A stretch of 64,000 bases of DNA, from IMG/VR virus record IMGVR_UViG_3300045412_000547; one strand, written 5' to 3'. Below the pieces are notes generated by a model. The model was not told the DNA's origin. It searched no databases and saw nothing but the letters and a program-made list of their open reading frames with translations. The position numbers and the translations under genes are program-made. Below, one piece after another: positions 59,379-64,000 of the stretch. Position 1 is the first letter of the stretch, and each line of letters starts with the position of its first letter. This stretch comes from a virus.

Positions 59379-60898
59379 AGTGCATTATTATTTAAAAATA
59401 AATTAGAACTAGCATAGGTTTTTACACATTTAATTTCGTTAGAATAATCCCCGTCCTTAAAAATATGTCTTACATTAACTATAAAATAAATACCTAGAAC
59501 TTTAGAGTCAAAATCATTTACTTGAATAGCACCCTGTCTATCTAGACCAATAAATCTACCTGCTTGTCTATGAGTAGATCCCACTGTAGTAAACGTGAGC
59601 ATTTGATTTAAAAATACACCAGCTCTTAAAAATTTATTTCTGCCTGCAGATAACCTTTGATCCGAATCAGTACTGTTTACAGAATATACGTTTTTAATAT
59701 TTTTATTTTTTTGCTTTAAGATACCGGGCAAATAGTTATTTGATGGGCTTCTGCTACCTCTTAATGTAGATACATAATTCTTATTATAAATATCCATTGA
59801 TGTTTCTATAGAATTTCTTTCAATATCAATGTTAAATGCTTTATCCCCGGTATTATAACTATGTACTAATCTAGCAACAAGAGCGTCTTGAGAATAAAGA
59901 CCGGGCATAAAGTCCGTAGTATAATGTGTTAAATTGTTCCATAAATTAAAATAAGCACCTATTTTTGGTGTAAATCTTATTTCTTGGACCGGTATAGTAT
60001 TTGTACTGTCGTTATACTCTCCGATAATATATGTTTCTAAGTAGTATTGATCACCGGTATCTCCATTACCGTTATAAGCCCTATCAAAAAAACTTTTTAA
60101 ACTAGCTAACTTAAAAGACCTGTTATGTCTTTCTATTTCTAAGAAGCACTGATCAAAATTATTACCTGCAGTACTTACATGGCGGCTAAGAAGATAGTTT
60201 AGACTGTCAATTGCTTTGTATTGTGCAGGAGCTGAAAAAAATATACCTGTGGCTCCTTGATCCCATTCTTCACTTATAGTTATACCTGGACCTTCTGTGG
60301 AATCAAATGTTTTTTCAAGCAATGCTCGTATTGCATCACCCGTATAAAGTTGACGCTGGATATCACTTAACTGAGTAGTATCACCTTGAAGTAATAAAGA
60401 TGTAGAAAAATCTACATTTTTTTCCTTTAAAATTTCATAGTAGTTATCCCAAAAATATAAAATTTTATGCTTTCTTCCCGGAGAATTATCATTTACTTCT
60501 TCGTTATTATAAATAGCAAAAATAAAATTCATTTTAAATATACTATCAATAATTACCGATTCTGAATCGCTAGTAGAATTTATTTCAATTTTTGGTTTTA
60601 TTTCAACAATTAGAAAATCTCTACTATCGCCTCTAAATAAAAACCCACGATTAGATGAATTAGCTAAATCGTTTGCAGCTTGTGGATCATTGCGTTCAAG
60701 GTAATCAAATGTGTTATCTAATATAATGTAACCTTGATGATAAAAAATTTCAAAACTATCTTCTATAACTAATTCTTTTACAGCTGCAGGCTTTATTTGT
60801 CTAGCTCTACCGTCAGCAGATTGTAAAAATACTTTAAATGTATAATAGTCATTTCCTATCTGACTACTTACTATATTAGATAAAGCAGGGTCGTTCAT
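59375..60898 (-). CDS. Baseplate hub protein (gp27-like)
   Basis: LVIEDS..G.I and G...RQAGRFI...GIYFIVNVRHIF...YSNEIKCVK, the C-terminal hub pattern. Confidence 0.7.
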   Translation of the reverse strand: MNDPALSNIVSSQIGNDYYTFKVFLQSADGRARQIKPAAVKELVIEDSFEIFYHQGYIILDNTFDYLERNDPQAANDLANSSNRGFLFRGDSRDFLIVEIKPKIEINSTSDSESVIIDSIFKMNFIFAIYNNEEVNDNSPGRKHKILYFWDNYYEILKEKNVDFSTSLLLQGDTTQLSDIQRQLYTGDAIRALLEKTFDSTEGPGITISEEWDQGATGIFFSAPAQYKAIDSLNYLLSRHVSTAGNNFDQCFLEIERHNRSFKLASLKSFFDRAYNGNGDTGDQYYLETYIIGEYNDSTNTIPVQEIRFTPKIGAYFNLWNNLTHYTTDFMPGLYSQDALVARLVHSYNTGDKAFNIDIERNSIETSMDIYNKNYVSTLRGSRSPSNNYLPGILKQKNKNIKNVYSVNSTDSDQRLSAGRNKFLRAGVFLNQMLTFTTVGSTHRQAGRFIGLDRQGAIQVNDFDSKVLGIYFIVNVRHIFKDGDYSNEIKCVKTYASSNLFLNNNAL

Positions 60899-61257
60899 GT
60901 TAGATACGTCTGTAATTCATCTATAACCTGTCGTACAAATGTAGGTTTTAATATTTTTAATGTAGTTCCAATATTAGGTATAATAATTGGGTTATAGATG
61001 TTATTTACTAGACATATTAACCACCAAAGATCAATCGTTTTGTAGGCGTTATAACTAATCATCGTCCAAGGAAGCCTCTGGCGTACGGTAATATAATCTA
61101 TCATAGTTTCATTAATAAGCTTAGGAAAATAAACAGTGTTAATAATATTATAGAAATATTGATTATTTTCTGTTTTAAAAAGTTTAAATATATTTTCATA
61201 CTTTGTATCACTTAAAGTAGGAAGCTGTAAAACTTTATTTTGATATATACCATTCAT
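60895..61257 (-). CDS. Baseplate wedge protein gp53-like (LysM-like)
   Basis: ISYNAY.TIDLWWLI..VNNI.NP...GT.LKI. Confidence 0.85.
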   Translation of the reverse strand: MNGIYQNKVLQLPTLSDTKYENIFKLFKTENNQYFYNIINTVYFPKLINETMIDYITVRQRLPWTMISYNAYKTIDLWWLICLVNNIYNPIIIPNIGTTLKILKPTFVRQVIDELQTYLT

Positions 61258-62651
61258 GCAGTTCTAAATATAGTTTGATTAAGTTGGTTGATTATACCAC
61301 CAAATTGATCTGTTGTATTTAATCCTAATAAATTTCGTTCTTCATTTGAAAGACTAGCAATATCGGCTGCAGCTTGTTGAGTATTTGTATTGACTGTATG
61401 AAAAAGTAAGTTTTTAGATTCCGAAAACATACTTTTTAAAGCGATAGTTATTTTATAAGCATCGGGAATTATAGCTTTAATATTTCTGGTAACTGTTCTT
61501 TGAGATACTGGTGTAGATTGATTAGATGTTGTAAGAGGCCTATTAAAACTACCTCCGGCGCCTCTACTAATTTCATTATTTAAATCATTACTATTTGTAT
61601 TTGCTGTGCTATTGTTTGTTTGGGGGGTGAACTGACGAGTTTCAACTGGTATAGTCAAATCTAATTCTCTTCTAGATCCTTGAAATTCAATTTGCATTCC
61701 TGTTACATAACAAAAAGGTAAAAATTTTACTCCAGGTATTCTAACTTCATATACAGGGGGCGGTTCAACAATAGATTTTGATTGACGCGCAGGTTTATTA
61801 TTGTAAAGAAGTAAGAATACAAGCTGCCAGTTACGCACAACATCATCATAAGTTAAAGAACCAGTATTAATTAAAGGAAAAGAGAACGTAATATCTTCAC
61901 CTTCTGTTGGATAATTAAAAAATTTAGCCCTTTCTTGAAAAGTATAATTGAGCGGGGCTTCTAATGTTTGTAATGCTTCCTGAGCATTAACAATACCTTC
62001 GACCCCGCCTTTTAATAGGCCTAAGAACGGGTTTGTTATATCGCCAGAAAAGCTATTACCGCTGTACCCTTGATAATTTTCAAAATATGGCAATACAAAT
62101 TCCCACCCAGTGTCTTTTGTAATGTATAAATTTCTGTAAGGCTCAAGCCAAGGTGACTGATCATACACATTATTCTCATCTCTAACATCAGAAGCAATTC
62201 TTCTTGTGATATCAGACAAACGAGTACTAATTACGGGTGTTGCTGTAGCACTGATCTGTTCCACTTGTTGTGCTGTAGTCTGGACATTACCTAAAGCACT
62301 ATTAATCATATTATTCATTTCATTAGCAGCTCCCTCTCCAAATATATTTCTAATTATCCCTTGAGCTGAATCTACTGATGCGCCAAAAGAATAAATTAAC
62401 TGAGATACAAGAGCATTAACTTTAAGTCGTTTTTCCTTCAGTATAATTGTCGGTACTTCTTTTCTAGCTTCAGAACCCGGTTTAGAATATGTCCAATAAT
62501 AGTCATTAGCCACATTTAAGCGACCACCCCTTTGACTGCTCCCCGGTGCTACTAGATAGGGTGGATTATAAGTAGAAAAAGGCCCTTGATTAAAAGTACT
62601 ATCTGCAGCAGTCTTATCTTTATAAGCAAAATTCCATATTAACCCCGCCAT
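61254..62651 (-). CDS. Baseplate / tail-tube cap protein (gp48-like)
   Basis: TFSFPL.N, EPPPVYEV.IPG...CYVTGMQIEF and IPDAYKITI; position between tape measure and gp53. Confidence 0.55.
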   Translation of the reverse strand: MAGLIWNFAYKDKTAADSTFNQGPFSTYNPPYLVAPGSSQRGGRLNVANDYYWTYSKPGSEARKEVPTIILKEKRLKVNALVSQLIYSFGASVDSAQGIIRNIFGEGAANEMNNMINSALGNVQTTAQQVEQISATATPVISTRLSDITRRIASDVRDENNVYDQSPWLEPYRNLYITKDTGWEFVLPYFENYQGYSGNSFSGDITNPFLGLLKGGVEGIVNAQEALQTLEAPLNYTFQERAKFFNYPTEGEDITFSFPLINTGSLTYDDVVRNWQLVFLLLYNNKPARQSKSIVEPPPVYEVRIPGVKFLPFCYVTGMQIEFQGSRRELDLTIPVETRQFTPQTNNSTANTNSNDLNNEISRGAGGSFNRPLTTSNQSTPVSQRTVTRNIKAIIPDAYKITIALKSMFSESKNLLFHTVNTNTQQAAADIASLSNEERNLLGLNTTDQFGGIINQLNQTIFRTA

Positions 62652-62666
62652 AAAATTATTTATTCA

Positions 62667-64000
62667 TTAAACAACAGAACGGGCTATGTTAGATCTATAT
62701 CTTAAAGCTGACGTTTCTGAATTATTAACAACAATATTATTTGGTCTATTATTCATTAAAATATTAGATGAAAAATCCTTATTTCTTATATCCTTGAGAA
62801 ATGGTATATGAGAGTCTACAGCTTTAAGCTGCTTGGCTTGAAGTAAAAGACTTTCTTTATAAAAATTTTCTAAACTAGAGAATTTTTTGTTTAAATCCTT
62901 AACCTCTTTTAAAAGTTTTTCGTTAGATTCTTTTGTTTTTATTGAAAAAGATTCAACAATATTATCTATAGGACCGCCTTTACGCACTGCAAAAAATTGA
63001 TCGTTCTTACTAAAGCGAAATGCCTGTTGACCGGAAAATAAAACTTTATCTTTTGTACTAATAAGGTCGCCCGCTTTTTTAACAGGCAATTCTGTCTTTT
63101 TACGTGTTCCATCAATGTCTTCTAACATATCTTCAATATATTTTGCGTCAGCGAAATCCTGTTCTAATGTTCTTTTAGACTTACCGGTAATTTTGTTCCA
63201 TGCATCTTTCCAAAAAGCAGCAGTAAAGATTTTTGAAAAGAAATCTCGTATTTGAATACCCGTATGAACAACACCCTCTCCAATCCAGTGACCTATTTTC
63301 TGTAGTTCTGTACCTAAAGAAAAGTTTGTGAAAAAATCTTCTAGCTCTTGACTAAAAAACTTAAAGAATGTCAAGTATGGTCCTTCTTTTTTATCTCCGA
63401 ATAAACTATCCCATGCCTTACCTATCCAGTAAGGCAGATCGGCTATCAAAAACTTCATAAACATACCAATCCCTTTATATAGCACCTCAGGAATAGCGGA
63501 AAAAATGAGCCCAAGCTTATTAAGCGTATCTTGTTCTTCAAAAATTTTTCTTATAATTGGTTCTATTTGTTTTAATGTTAAGAACGCAAGAGGAAATAAA
63601 AAACCACTAAACCAACCTACAACATTTAAACCTATAGTAGTAGCAGCAGCAGTTAAAGCAGCGTCATCGATTTTTTCACCTTTTATTTTTCTTTCAACTA
63701 ACTGAAAAATTGTATCTAATGTAGAAATAACAGAACCAATATAAGGTATTTTTCTAATTACTGTGCCAACACCAGGAATTTTTTCTAGCGCTTTAACTGC
63801 ATCTCCTAATTTACCGGCTAAAGACGCAAGAATATTTTTAGCACCATTAATAAACCCATTAAATGCTTTACCAAAACCTTGTAACGCTTTTTGAAAAAGA
63901 GGTTTAGGTTTATCAAGTTGTTTAGTAGTTGTTTCTAGTTCATCTATTAATTTCTCTATTGAATATCCTTCTTGTCGAAATTTCAATAATTCATCTAACA
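62667..64000 (-). CDS. Tape-measure-like protein, C-terminal part (5' end beyond the window)
   Basis: Frame is open to the window edge; amphipathic helical repeats (KIPGVG..KIPYIG) upstream of the gp48/gp53/hub genes. Confidence 0.6.
   Translation of the reverse strand, partial: LDELLKFRQEGYSIEKLIDELETTTKQLDKPKPLFQKALQGFGKAFNGFINGAKNILASLAGKLGDAVKALEKIPGVGTVIRKIPYIGSVISTLDTIFQLVERKIKGEKIDDAALTAAATTIGLNVVGWFSGFLFPLAFLTLKQIEPIIRKIFEEQDTLNKLGLIFSAIPEVLYKGIGMFMKFLIADLPYWIGKAWDSLFGDKKEGPYLTFFKFFSQELEDFFTNFSLGTELQKIGHWIGEGVVHTGIQIRDFFSKIFTAAFWKDAWNKITGKSKRTLEQDFADAKYIEDMLEDIDGTRKKTELPVKKAGDLISTKDKVLFSGQQAFRFSKNDQFFAVRKGGPIDNIVESFSIKTKESNEKLLKEVKDLNKKFSSLENFYKESLLLQAKQLKAVDSHIPFLKDIRNKDFSSNILMNNRPNNIVVNNSETSALRYRSNIARSVV

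Noticed and set aside
1-64000. Stop-codon reassignment as seen in some jumbo phages
   Set aside because: Genes are intact under code 11; TAG, TGA and TAA all end genes at sensible boundaries; no suppressor tRNA was seen.
1-64000. Eukaryotic giant virus origin (GT60, RCC1, RFC-like and mucin-like genes)
   Set aside because: tmRNA, fMet-type tRNA, sigma70-like promoters, and gp6/gp25/gp53 baseplate and S74 fibre genes indicate a tailed bacteriophage.

Overview
AT-rich segment of a large T4-like (contractile-tailed, probably jumbo) bacteriophage genome, read with standard code 11. From left to right: (1) 1-5.4 kb holds a tmRNA (3' end outside the window) with an unusual 33-aa tag, an initiator-type tRNA-Met, tRNA-Arg/Glu/Thr, a broken Ser-type tRNA, a flavodoxin-like reductase, a ferritin-like protein and two Pro/Thr-rich proteins. 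(2) 5.4-12.2 kb is a seven-gene glycosyltransferase run (GT60-like GlcNAc transferase, GT7C-like, GT11 fucosyltransferase, three HtrL-like genes, one GT-A-like). (3) 12.2-15.2 kb has dCMP deaminase, a PD-(D/E)XK nuclease and small genes. (4) 15.2-26.3 kb is a very AT-rich cluster of tailoring enzymes (radical SAM, two 2OG-Fe(II) oxygenases, GT8, asparagine synthetase-like, methyltransferase). (5) 26.3-55.1 kb encodes tail fibres, an enlarged baseplate (gp6, gp25) and appendage proteins in which RCC1, lectin, BspA-LRR and cupredoxin-like domains sit on mucin-like (Thr-Pro)n stalks. (6) 55.1-64 kb has clamp loader, dUTPase, and hub, gp53, gp48 and tape-measure-like genes. The leading hypothesis is a phage-encoded mucin-type O-glycosylation system (GlcNAc->Gal->Fuc) acting on Thr/Pro-rich virion appendages. 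Those appendages also appear to be diversified, by domain exchange at shared PT-linker DNA and by codon-targeted variation of LRR repeats. Two promoter classes lie 5-8 nt upstream of start codons, which implies largely leaderless mRNAs. All product calls come from motif recognition by eye; no searches were run.
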